NCBI GenBank assembly: GCA_950097015.1
Contig: CATNEN010000003.1
Coordinates: 10,540,001 to 10,604,000, forward strand
DNA length: 64,000 nt
DNA from: Macrostomum hystrix
Lineage: Eukaryota > Animalia > Platyhelminthes
Direction: 5' to 3'
Shown here: positions 1 through 12,200 of the stretch, piece by piece
Layout: the number at the start of each line of letters is the position of its first letter
Numbering within the stretch: the stretch's first letter is position 1
Notes under the pieces: model-generated
Told to the model about the DNA's origin: nothing
What the model saw: the letters and a program-made list of their open reading frames with translations, nothing else
Database searches by the model: none
Position numbers and translations under genes: made by a program

Positions 1-282
1 AATGAGCTACAGCAGCAGATGGGATAATCAAATCGGTGTGCTTTGAGATATGTCTACGTTGAAAATAGACGCTAATTGTATAGCTGATGGGATCCTGAGT
101 CCGGGATATTTGGGAATAATCAATTTACTCTGCTGTTTACTTGCCTGTAGAGTTGCACTTCTCGAAAGGATACGAAAATCAATACTGGATGAACTGCACT
201 ACTCAGGCATTCGTGTACTTTTACCAGTTTTGAATCACCCACTATAGAATTCGGCATTGAAAACTCCACTAGAGGGGAATGA

Positions 283-532
283 CACTATAATATAGCACTC
301 TGGTGAAATATCACTCTCTTAAAATGTCACTCTTTAGAATTGCCACTCTCTAGAATTGTCACTCTTTTGAAATTTCACTCTTTTGAAATGACGATTTCTA
401 GAAATGTCACTCTCTTGAAATGTCAGTCTCTTGAAATTTCACTCTTTTGAAATGTCACTCTCCTGAAATGTCACTCTCCTGAAATGTCACTCTCCTGAAA
501 TGTCACTCTCCTGAATTGTCACTCTCATGAAA
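283..532. repeat. Degenerate 17-19 bp minisatellite (GAAATGTCACTCTCCT-like)
   Basis: About 13 imperfect copies of gaaatgtcactctc(c/t)t read directly. Confidence 0.85.
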
Positions 533-1030
533 TACGAGTCTACCTATAAGTGTCGCTCCTGAAGTTTCACAATTGGAAAAAGGGACCTTAAATTGAACCT
601 TTTAGACGCAATCTAGGTTGGGCTTGAGAAAGCAGACACTCCGGAAATATATTATTTTTCTAACCGATCGATCGTGAAAAATTTCAAAGGAAACTCATTT
701 TCACTCAGAGGAAATGCACAAATTCGCCAGCAATTTTATTTTGGTTGAGCTTCTCAGAAAAGCCGAGATCAATTAAAATCTTCTGTCTCAAAATCGACTC
801 CTCAGTTATAGGACGAGATGTGAAAGCTTCCTCAGATTTTAGAAAACGAAAAGCTAAAATACACAAACAGGAAAGCTAAAAGCTGGCTTTTAGTCTATTT
901 TGCTTTTCACTTTTAGCTGTTTGTGATTGATTTTTGTTTTTTCGGCTTTGAAGTCAGGGCCTAGCATTTACTAATGCAGGCGAAACTCGGAGAGTACTTT
1001 GCAACTGAAATAATTATATTATGGTTGCAT

Positions 1031-2608
1031 TCAGTGGATGAAGGAATAGAATGGATTGCTAGTCTAGCCTCTCAGAGGATGAAGGAGTAGAATGGATTGC
1101 TAGTCTAGCCTCTCAGTGGATGAAGAAGTAGAATGGATTGCTAGTCTAGCCTCTCAGTGGATGAAGGAACAGAATGGATTGCTAGTCTAGCCTCTCGGTG
1201 GATGATGGAATAGAATGGATTGCTAGTCTAGCCTCTCGATGGATGAAGGAATAGAATGGATTGCTAGTCTAGCCTCTCGGTGGATGAAGGAATAGAATGG
1301 ATTGCTAGTCTAGCCTCTCAGTGGATGAAGGAATTGAATGGATTGCTAGTCTAGCCTCTCAGAGGATGAAGGAGTAGAATGGATTGCTAGTCTAGCCTCT
1401 CAGTGGATGAAGGAACAGAATGGATTGCTAGTCTAGCCTCTCGGTGGATGATGGAATAGAATGGATTGCTAGTCTAGCCTCTCGATGGATGAAGGAATAG
1501 AATGGATTGCTAGTCTAGCCTCTCGGTGGATGAAGGAATAGAATGGATTGCTAGTCTAGCCTCTCAGTGGATGAAGGAATTGAATGGATTGCTAGTCTAG
1601 CCTCTCGATGGATGAAGGAATAGAATGGATTGCTAGTCTAGCCTCTCGGTGGATGAAGGAATAGAATGGATTGCTAGTCTAGCCTCTCAGTGGATGAAGG
1701 AATTGAATGGATTGCTAGTCTAGCCTCTCAGTGGATGAAGTAGTAGAATGGATTGCTAGTCTAACCTCTCAGTGGATGAAGGAACAGAATGGATTGCTAG
1801 TCTAGCCTCTCGGTGGATGAAGGAATAGAATGGATTGCTAGTCTAGCCTCTCAGTGGATGAAGGAATAGAATGGATTGCTAGTCTAGCCTCTCAGTGTAT
1901 GAAGGAATTGAATGGATTGCTAGTCCAGCCTCTCAGTGGATGAAGGAATAGAATGGATTGCTAGTCTAGCCTCTCAGTGTATGAAGGAATTGAATGGATT
2001 GCTAGTCCAGCCTCTCAGTGGATGAATGTGTAGAATGGATTGCTAGTCTAGCCTCTCAGTGGATGAAGGAACAGAATGGATTGCTAGTCTAGCCTCTCAG
2101 TGGGTGAAGGAATTGAATGGATTGCTAGTCTAGCCTCTCAGTGGATGAAGGAATTGAATGGATTGCTAGTCTAGCCTCTCAGTGGATGAAGGAATTGAAT
2201 GGATTGCTAGTCCAGCCTCTCAGTGGATGAAGGAGTAGAATGGATTGCTAGTCCAGCCTCTCAGTGGATGAAGGAATTGAATGGATTGCTAGTCTAGCCT
2301 CTCAGAGGATGAAGGAGTAGAATGGATTGCTAGTCTAGCCTCTCGATGGATGAAGGAATAGAATGGATTGCTAGTCTAGCCTCTCGATGGATGAAGGAAT
2401 TGAATGGATTGCTAGTCTAGCCTCTCAGTGGATGAAGGAATTGAATGGATTGCTAGTCTAGCCTCTCAGAGGATGAAGGAGTAGAATGGATTGCTAGTCT
2501 AGCCTCTCGATGGATGAAGGAATAGAATGGATTGCTAGTCTAGCCTCTCAGAGGATGAAGGAACGGAATGGATTGCTAGTCTAGCCTCTCAGTGGATGAT
2601 GGAACGGG
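1031..2608. repeat. 41-bp tandem array (AGTGGATGAAGGAATAGAATGGATTGCTAGTCTAGCCTCTC)
   Basis: About 38 head-to-tail copies without spacers; each has an interrupted palindrome GCTAG-T-CTAGC. Confidence 0.97.
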
Positions 2609-2990
2609 AATTTCAGTTTAGATTGTGCATAGATTGCGGTTTGGAAAATATCAGGTAATTTTTAAAAAACTAAAATTCTTTTTGTCTTATTCCTATTTTT
2701 TATCACCAAACAAAAGCCTATTTCGAGATAAAAATCCCTAACTTGTAATGTCCTAAAAATGCCTAATAGCCACAGTCGATTATCTTCGAATTGCCAATAA
2801 CCGAAAATGCCTGATCCTAAACATTACTAATTCTAAAATCAATAACCGCAGAAACACAAATTAATAGTCGATAATCCACAGAAACGTCAAATTTCCAAAA
2901 TGCTTGCACATTAGCAAAGTTAGCAAACACCTGAAACAGTCTACTATTAGTAGCAAGGGCTAAATTTCTATTAAGTTATGGACCGTATAG

Positions 2991-3236
2991 ATTTTACATA
3001 TGCCTTCTCGCCCTGAGTATGCAAATCAATTTCTCAAAGGTCTGACAACACGCATCGTAAACCAGCTCGGGTTCGTGTATCAATCTGGGAGTTGCAAATT
3101 GACCAAATTTGCAATCAACGAATTCGACCCTTGTCGGCTCATCGAAATGATTGATGACGAAGTAATTTTTACAATCAGACCACTGTTAACAGCATGCGAG
3201 CAATTGGAATTGTGGAAATCCAACTGGAGATTGTAA
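2991..3236 (+). CDS. Possible terminal exon of an unknown gene entering from the left
   Basis: Non-repetitive open frame (ILHMPSRPEY...NWRL*) preceded by an in-phase TAG acceptor at 2988-2990 and followed by AATAAA at ~3367. No recognisable homology. Confidence 0.3.
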   Translation: MLHMPSRPEYANQFLKGLTTRIVNQLGFVYQSGSCKLTKFAINEFDPCRLIEMIDDEVIFTIRPLLTACEQLELWKSNWRL

Positions 3237-3410
3237 AATAGTTACTTCCCAGTTAGTGAAGGAAAGTTTCTCGATATTTCTTACTCATCAACGCAGATTT
3301 GCACAGAAACATGTCCACAAATTTAACGAAGGATATGCAGTAACAGCGAAAAAATTTTAGCTAACGAATAAAAAATAACTAGTCACAAAACTACGCTGGT
3401 CTCACTAAAT

Positions 3411-6146
3411 ACTTGAGCACTCATCTAGATATTTAGCATCCTATCTAGACATTTGAGATCTTATCTAGACATTTGAGATCTTATCTAGACATTTGAGATC
3501 TTATCTAGACATTTGAGATCTTATCTAGACATTTGAGATCTTATCTAGACATTTGAGATCTTATCTAGACACTTCGGATCTTATCTAGATACTTTGGATC
3601 TTATCTAGACACTTTGGATCTTATCTAGACACTGTGGAGCTTATCTAGACACTTTGAAACTTATCTAGATACTTTGGATCTTATCTAGACACTTTGGATC
3701 TTATCTAGACACTTTGGATCTTATCTAGACACTTTGGATCTTATCTCAACACTTTGGATCTTATCTCAACACTTTTGATCTTATCTAGACACTTTGGATC
3801 TTATCTAGACACTTTGGATCTTATCTAGACACTTTGGAGCTTATCTAGACACTTTGGAACTTATCTAGATGCTTTGGAGCTTATCTAGACACTTTGGAGC
3901 TTATCTAGACACTTTGGAACTTATCTAGATACTTTGGATCTTATCTAGACACTTTGGATCTTATCTAGACACTTTGGATCTTATCTAGACACTTTGGATC
4001 TTATCTCAACACTTTGGATCTTATCTCAACACTTTTGATCTTATCTAGACACTTTGGATCTTATCTAGACACTTTGGATCTTATCTAGACACTTTGGAGC
4101 TTATCTAGACACTTTGGACCTTATCTAGATACTTTGGAGCTTATCTAGACACTTTGGAACTTATCTAGATACTTTGGAGCTTATCTAGACACTTTGGAGC
4201 TTATCTAGACACTTTGGAGCTTATCTAGACACTTTGGATCTTATCTAGACACTTTGGAGCTTATCTAGACACTTTGGATCTTATCTAGACACTTTGGAGC
4301 TTATCTAGACACTTTGGATCTTATCTAGACACTTTGGAGCTTATCTAGACACTTTGGATCTTATCTAGACACTTTGGATCTTATCTAGACACTTTGGAGC
4401 TTATCTAGACACTTTGGACCTTATCTAGATACTTTGGAGCTTATCTAGACACTTTGGAACTTATCTAGATACTTTGGAGCTTATCTAGACACTTTGGAGC
4501 TTATCTAGACACTTTGGAGCTTATCTAGACACTTTGGATCTTATCTAGACACTTTGGAGCTTATCTAGACACTTTGGATCTTATCTAGACACTTTGGAGC
4601 TTATCTAGACACTTTGGAGCTTATCTAGACACTTTGGAGCTTATCTAGACACTTTGGATCTTATCTAGACACTTTGGATCTTATCTAGACACTTTTGATC
4701 TTATCTAGACACTTTGGAGCTTATCTAGACACTTTGGAGCTTATCTAGACACTTTGGAGCTTATCTAGATACTTTGGAGCTTATCTAGACACTTTGGATC
4801 TTATCTAGACACTTTGGAGCTTATCTAGACACTTTGGATCTTATCTAGACACTTTGGATCTTATCTAGACACTTTGGAACTTATCTAGACACTTTGGAGC
4901 TTATCTAGACACTTTGGAGCTTATCTAGACACTTTAGAGCTTATCTAGACACTTTGGATCTTATCTAGACACTTTGGATCTTATCTAGACACTTTGGAGC
5001 TTATCTAGACACTTTGGAGCTTATCTAGACACTTTGGAGCTTATCTAGACACTTTGGAGCTTATCTAGACACTTTGGATTTTATCTAGACACTTTTGATC
5101 TTATCTAGACACTTTGGATCTTATCTAGACACTTTGGATCTTATCTCAACACTTTTGATCTTATCTAGACACTTTGGAGCTTATCTAGACACTTTGGAGC
5201 TTATCTAGACACTTTGGAGCTTATCTAGACACTTTGGATCTTATCTAGACACTTTGGAGCTTATCTAGACACTTTGGATCTTATCTAGACACTTTGGAGC
5301 TTATCTAGACACTTTGGATCTTATCTAGACACTTTGGAACTTATCTAGACACTTTGGAGCTTATCTAGACACTTTGGAGCTTATCTAGACACTTTGGAGC
5401 TTATCTAGACACTTTGGAGCTTATCTAGACACTTTGGATCTTATCTAGACACTTTTGATCTTATCTAGACACTTTGGAGCTTATCTAGACACTTTGGAGC
5501 TTATCTAGACACTTTGGAGCTTATCTTGACACTTTGGATCTTATCTAGACACTTTGGAGCTTATCTAGACACTTTGGATCTTATCTAGACACTTTGGAAC
5601 TTATCTAGACACTTTGGAGCTTATCTAGACACTTTGGAGCTTATCTAGACACTTTGGAGCTTATCTAGACACTTTGGAGCTTATCTAGACACTTTGGAGC
5701 TTATCTTGACACTTTGGATCTTATCTAGACACTTTGGAGCTTATCTAGACACTTTGGATCTTATCTAGACACTTTGGAACTTATCTAGACACTTTGGAGC
5801 TTATCTAGACACTTTGGAGCTTATCTAGACACTTTAGAGCTTATCTAGACACTTTGGATCTTATCTAGACACTTTGGATCTTATCTAGACACTTTGGATC
5901 TTATCTAGACACTTTGGATCTTATCTAGACACTTTGGAGCTTATCTAGACACTTTGGATCTTATCTAGACACTTTAGAGCTTATCTTGACACTTTGGATC
6001 TTATCTAGACACTTTGGAACTTATCTAGACACTTTGGAGCTTATCTAGACACTTTGGAGCTTATCTAGACACTTTGGAGCTTATCTAGACACTTTGGAGC
6101 TTATCTTGACACTTTGGAGCTTATCTAGACCCTTTGGAGCTTATTT
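3411..6146. repeat. 20-bp tandem array (TTATCTAGACACTTTGGA[T/G]C)
   Basis: About 135 copies in strict 20-bp register with degenerate edges. Confidence 0.98.
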
Positions 6147-7893
6147 AGTCGCATTGGGATTTAAAGTAAACTATGCCTTCGATATTTGTTGGTTTTTATA
6201 TTTTTCAAGACAAAACAATTCGCCGGGTGTTTCTTTTTGTCAACACAAAACACCTTGAAAGAAAACGAGTATTACGCGTATATTTGTAGTTAATATTAAC
6301 AAACAGGCTTAGGTATTTTAAAGCACGCAACTTAGACTTGTTGCGAGAAAAAAAAACACGTAAAACAGGTACTTTTTATGCTAACGAATTAACACCTAAA
6401 AACTGAAACGAGGTATAAGGAAAAAATGTGCGACCTAAGTCAATGCGCAATAATAGTGTTACAATTTAAAGTGTGGACTCATTGAATTACTCACTATTTC
6501 CAACCATGTAGAATGGTACTAGTGACTATGGATACAGTACAGATGAGAATCAAATCAACGTTATTTTTGTTGTTTAACTGTGCTTGTGCAGCAACGAATT
6601 GATGACTGAAAAAGTTCGGTAAGTTAATAAATTACGCTAAGAAATTGGTTAATAATTGTTTTGTTTAGGCAAATTTTTAATTATTAACTGTGAATCGTGG
6701 TAGAGGTAGACTCACAAACTTCAGTAAAGAAAGTAGAGCGAGGCAACTATTGACAGCTCTTGCTCAGAGGGACAATGCGATAAAATTGGAGTTAAAATAT
6801 GGTATAGATGAGACCGCTTTAGGGGCGGAAGCGAAAGACCATTAGTCTTGCCCTTAATTAGAGCAGAAAGAAATTATTGAATAATAATTTTGCTTGGAAT
6901 TTGACTCCGCCAAAATCTCCCTGCGTTTCTATCTATTGGCTTGCACCAAAAAATCAATTTTACGAGTACACGCCAACCCTACGGCGTCGAAACACTATTG
7001 GCTCTTAATGAGCATTCGCGGCTCAGCTAATCACAGTGCAGTGAATCAAAATGGCGGTCAAGTCTTGGTTAATTAATGCAAGACATTGGCTATCTTGAAA
7101 ATATAAATAATGAAATTAATTTTTAACAGATTTTTTTGACACTGTAAAATACTGATATCACATTGACAAAATTAAAGCTGCAATGAGATTGAATAGGTGA
7201 CGTTTTAAAAGTTGTGACAACTTCCGAAATCTTCGACGCTAGAGCAAAAAAGGTTCATATTTTTAATTCATTAGTACAGTGACCTTGGCGTTAATTACAT
7301 GAGGCAGATGACTGCGAGACAGAGATCTCAGAGTTTGTGACTAGTTAGATTGTTGATGCAAAGTACAGGAAAAATTATTATCAAATGAAAGCTTGCGCAA
7401 TGATAAAGATATAGATTACGCAATTACGCAAACAAATACAAAAATACAGCAGCCGAGACAAAGTTCAGGGGACGCAAATTAATACTCAATCGCCCATAAA
7501 ATTAATACTAACTTAAGAAACTTTTTAGAAGCACTTCAATTTCTGCTTTTAATGTGTTTTCCGCAAAGAAAATATTAAAACTTTAATTTCAAAGTTGGAG
7601 TTTTGTTGAAGGGCAGAGAAATTTTTTTAAATGTACGTATTGAGTGATTCTATTTATAGACTAAAATGTACATAGTCTGGGGTTAGAACTTCGAAGTGAG
7701 AGAGGTGACAGCCCGCACTTAAAAACAGAGCTAAGAGGAGGTGGGGTGGAATGTAGATAAGATATTAATGCACATTAGGAACGTACATTCATGAGGGTAG
7801 GAAATGTTGGTGGTGAAAGAAAGCTTTGATGCCCGATGTACACCCATGCAAATAAACGGCTTTGAAAAAAGTATTTTAAGTTAATTAATCTGT

Positions 7894-8118
7894 TTATTCC
7901 GGAGAGTGACTTCGCTTCCTGGTCGCCGGTCGTTGATTCGATTTGATATCAACCGTAGTTGGTCGCGGCATCATAGCGATGATCCAGTCGCCAGTGTCCA
8001 ATCTGCCGCAGGACAAGCTGTACACCTCCATGGCTCTGGACGGATCTCTGGCGAACCAGCCGCGTCGATCTGGCACAAAAAGCGGCTGATAGGCCGGCAG
8101 GCGGAGGACACGAGTCTG
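7894..8118 (-). CDS. ATXN1-like: Ataxin-1-like gene, exon 2 (C-terminal part of AXH domain plus RKRxxS/PE tail)
   Basis: Phase-0 tandem acceptor cccAG/cAG at 8120-8116. Translation QTRVLRLPAYQPLFVPDRRGWFARDPSRAMEVYSLSCGRLDTGDWIIAM matches the AXH C-half pattern (PFFV..GW...P......L.C..L..GD..I) and ends RPATRKRSHSPE*. Confidence 0.85.
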   Translation of the reverse strand, partial: QTRVLRLPAYQPLFVPDRRGWFARDPSRAMEVYSLSCGRLDTGDWIIAMMPRPTTVDIKSNQRPATRKRSHSPE

Positions 8119-8932
8119 CTGGGTGAGGACGGGTGAACGTTTCGTCTAATTATTCTTATACCTGTCCTTGAGGCGAGTCCTTCCTTCTGACTATTTTCAG
8201 ACTCTTTATCTCTCTTTGTCGAATCGTCTCATATTCTTATCTCTCCAGTCCTTGTCTCCACTCTCATCTCCGATCACCTTAATTTACTCATATCCCATCT
8301 GCTTATCTCCCCTCTCCTCATGGAATTTCAACGATAACAAAATAGTCTAGCTAATGATAGGGCTAATTCAGTTGATCAGTAACACCCCGCACTCGTGTAA
8401 ATTTGCTAACTGTGTGCTCAAATTCGAAAGCCATTTTTTGAAAATGGCGTGAAATGAAATGTTTAGCACACATTGTCCACAATTGCAAGTCAGCATATCC
8501 GGACGAAAGGAACGATATTAATATCGATCGATTTAATTGATCCAAGGAGGACAATGTGTTTGTGTCAAACAAGACAACTTAAGGAAGAAGGCCAAGAGTA
8601 ATGCGTGTCCGTGTGTGTATTTCAGATGCTCACATTTTAATACTCTCACCCGCGTGCGGATAATATAGGAGAAGAGGATTATAAAGCCAATCGAGAATGA
8701 AATTAAACTTTATAGAGTGTGAGAATGTAAGTTGTATAGGTGTTCAAACATGCATGGACGTTGGGCTTGGGTAATGCTAAAGACCTCAGGAAGACACCGA
8801 GTATTTTTGTCTCCAAAAACTGCACACAAAAGCACACAAGTAACTCTTTAGAGTTATTGGTTAGATAAGAAGTCGAACTTCTTAATCCCAACCTGGCCCT
8901 TCTAACACCTTTTTTGTCGCAACTCTCGCTTG

Positions 8933-9066
8933 CCTCATCTCTCCCCTGTCTCATCTCTCCCCTGTCTCATCTGTCTCGTGTCTCATCCCTCCCGTGTCTC
9001 ATCTCTCCTATGTCTCATCTCTCCCGTGTCTCATCTTTCCCCTGTCTCATCTGTCTCGTGTCTCAT
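8933..9066. repeat. 16-17 bp pyrimidine-rich minisatellite (TCTCATCTCTCCC[C/G]TG), left part
   Basis: Tandem copies interrupted by the Gypsy insertion; the array continues at 13384. Confidence 0.9.
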
Positions 9067-9280
9067 TGTTGTGCAGTGTCAAAGCAGCCCGGCCCTAACG
9101 GCTTTCTCTCTTCTTCTTCTGTCTATGGTCCCGTTAAGCTAAGCTTCGCCTCAACTGTTGCACCCCTTTTACCCCCCCAAGCTAAACGTAAGAGTGACTA
9201 CACGGCTTATTCGCACGCGCGGCTTTAACCCAAATACACTCGTTATATTCGCTATAAGAAGCTTCCTTTGAGTCTTGCCA
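9067..9280 (+). repeat. 5' LTR
   Basis: Identical to the 3' LTR by eye except the third-last base (TTGCCA vs TTGACA). Confidence 0.95.
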
Positions 9281-12200
9281 AAGGCGTCGCGGCTTGGCGA
9301 CCTTTTTCTCGGCGATGCCGACCGTGCACTGATGTGGCTCAAGGCCTTCAATGCTCTGGCCCGCGCCAAGAAGTGGACCGACTCGACCGAATCCCGACAA
9401 GTCGCAGACAATTTTTTGGCATCCTGCGGACTGTCTGCTTTGGAGAAGCTGACTCATCTCGTCGCTCCGAAGGAGATCGACAAGCTGACCTTCCAAGAGA
9501 TCGAGACAGCCCTGGTGTCCTACTTACAACCTCAGAAGCGCCTCATTGTCGCCGAAAGAACCGACTTTTTCTCAATTCGTCAGAAAGCTGCTGAGCCGAT
9601 AGCAGACTATTTAGCTCGCCTGAGGAAAGCAGCAACGCACTGCGCCTTTGACTCTCTGAAGGACTGCGCCAGTCCCGCAGAGGAGCTGGTGCGGCTTGCT
9701 CTCATTTCTGGACTGTACAACCCTGAGCACCAACGGCGCATTCTCGGTGCAATGCAAACCAAGGATCAGACAATCTCGGAGATTGTTGACCTCATTCGAA
9801 GTTGTGAACAGATCAACACGTTTGTTCAAACCTGTAACTCGGTGCCCCCGGTAGGCCCGGCTGGCCCATTGTCGCCGCCAGCCCAACATAATGCGGCCAC
9901 TGACGAATCGGTGCACTACTCCAAAGGTGGACGGCCAACTTCCAATGGTCAGCGCATCGAGGGCTGCAAGTACTGTGGCGGATCCCATCACGCAGGCAAG
10001 TGCCCGGCATATGGCAAGACCTGTTCCAAGTGCTCCAAGCGCAACCACTTTGCTGCCGTATGCCGCTCTGCCCTGACTAGCAAATCCGTACATCACGCGG
10101 ATGTCCCATCCGATGCATCGATGACGCCCGAGCCCTCGAAGATCCTGCATCTTATGGACGTTGATCTGGTCAACGCAATCGAAGTTGCATCTGAGACACT
10201 TCTTGTAGACGGCGCCAAGGTACCAATGCAAGTGGATACCGGTGCATCCGTCTCCGTGCTTTCTAGCACAATCTGGGAGTCTCTGGGCAGGCCCCCACTG
10301 CAAAAGAGTCACCGACGCCTCGAGGCCTACGACGGCCACACCCTAAAGACTCTCGGCAAGCTGTGCTCTACCGTCGAGATGCGGGGTAGGTTACACCCCG
10401 CCGAATTCGTCGTGGTTTCGTCTTTGAAGCCGTTCGGCCTCCTTGGCCGTGAACTTTTAGATTCCGACTCTCTCTTTCACACCAACTCTCAAGCTCCGAG
10501 CCCCACAGTTGCAGCTACAACGCTGCCCACCATCAAGGGCATCAAGGCACAGATGGAGCTGGTTGAAGGCGCTCGATCCCAGTTCTGCCGTGCTCGTCCG
10601 GTTCCAATCGCACTAGAGAAGCAAGTCAACGCAGAGTTGGACCGGCTGCAGCAGCTTGGCATCATCGAGCCTGTGGAGGGTCCTGTGAGCAACGCTTCTC
10701 CGGTCGTCTGGATCAAGAAGAAGGACGGGACGTTGCGCATGTGCGCCGATTACAAGGTCCATGTGAACGACAAAATAAAGCCAGAGTCATACCCTATTCC
10801 AAGCATCGAGCACCTCTTTGGCAAGTTAAAGAATGCCAAGAAGTTTGCCAAGATTGATCTGAGGTCGGCTTACTGGCAGATCGAGCTGGACGAATCCGCC
10901 CAAGGCATCTCTATCATCAATACCTCGCGAGGCCTATACCGCGTCAAACGCCTTCAGATGGGCATGAAAAACGCTTCATTCATTTTTCAACGCACAATGG
11001 AGAGCATCCTCTCCGACTTGAAGGGACTACTGATCTATCAAGACGACATCATGGTCTATGCTGAGAACGTTGAAGCACTCCAGAAGCGTCTGAAAGCAGT
11101 CGAAACGCGCCTGGCCGAAAAAAAGGTAACGGTCAATGAAGACAAATGTACAGGCATTTGCGATTCGATTTCATTCCTTGGATTCGAAATTTCTGCCGCT
11201 GGAATTCGGCCCGATGATAAGCTCGTGGACAAAGTTCGCCACATCTCGACACCGAAGACCAAGAAGGAGATCGAGCAATTTCTCGGTCTGGTGAATTTCT
11301 TCGGCCGCTTGATTCCTGACTATTCCGCCAAGGTCGCCCCATTGAACGAACTGCGCAAGGCATCCACGCAGTTTGTCTGGTCTGAAGCATGTGCTCGCGC
11401 TTTCGAGAATCTCAAGAAGGAGATCTCATCACGACCAATAGTACAACCGTACAGCCTGGAGAAGGAGGTGACCCTCACAACAGATGCCTCTAAAGGAGCG
11501 TTGGCAGGCGTTGTTACCCAGGAAGGACGCCCTGTAATCTTTATCTCTAGGACACTGTCCAAGGCCGAGACTAACTATTCCAACATTGAACGGGAAGCAC
11601 TCGCCATCTTCTGGGCCGTCTGTCGCCTGAAACACTACCTCCAAGGCCGACGATTTACGGTACAGACGGATCATCAGCCTCTTCTACGGCTTTTCGGTGG
11701 CAGCATACCAATGAGTTCATCGGCAAGAATCAGTCGCTGGGCCCTTTACCTGATGCAATTTGACTTTAGCGTGGTCTACGTTCCCGGATCGCGCATTCCG
11801 CATGCCGATGCGCTTTCTCGTCTGCCGTTTGATAATAACAGTCAAGACCCGGCCGACGCATTCGAGGCAATCAACTCAGTTGCCTTTGAATCCCCTACTA
11901 TCAATCCTCGACGGATCGCTAGCGAACTTGATTCTGATCCACTGCTACAGCGCATCATACGTCGCGTACGCAATGGCGACTGGCATAACTGCACACAAGC
12001 AGAGGCCGCTTTCAAGAGAAACGCAGCAGCTCTAACAATCGAGAACGGCCTCCTCTACATGCACCGGCGCGCATTCATACCTCCGCGTCTCCGGAAAGAG
12101 GCCTTCGATGCGATTCACGACACTCATAGCGGTACTTCTGCCAGCTACCACCTCCTGGAGCTGTCCTGCTGGTGGCCCGGCATGCAGCGCGACGTGGAAC

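Noticed and set aside
1-247. Possible plus-strand exons (1-35 and 151-206) upstream of 2991
   Set aside because: Frames can be joined only with weak donors (GTGTGC, GCATTC) and there is no recognisable homology.
1031-2608. CRISPR-like palindromic repeats
   Set aside because: Units are head-to-tail with no unique spacers, there are no cas genes, and the context is eukaryotic.
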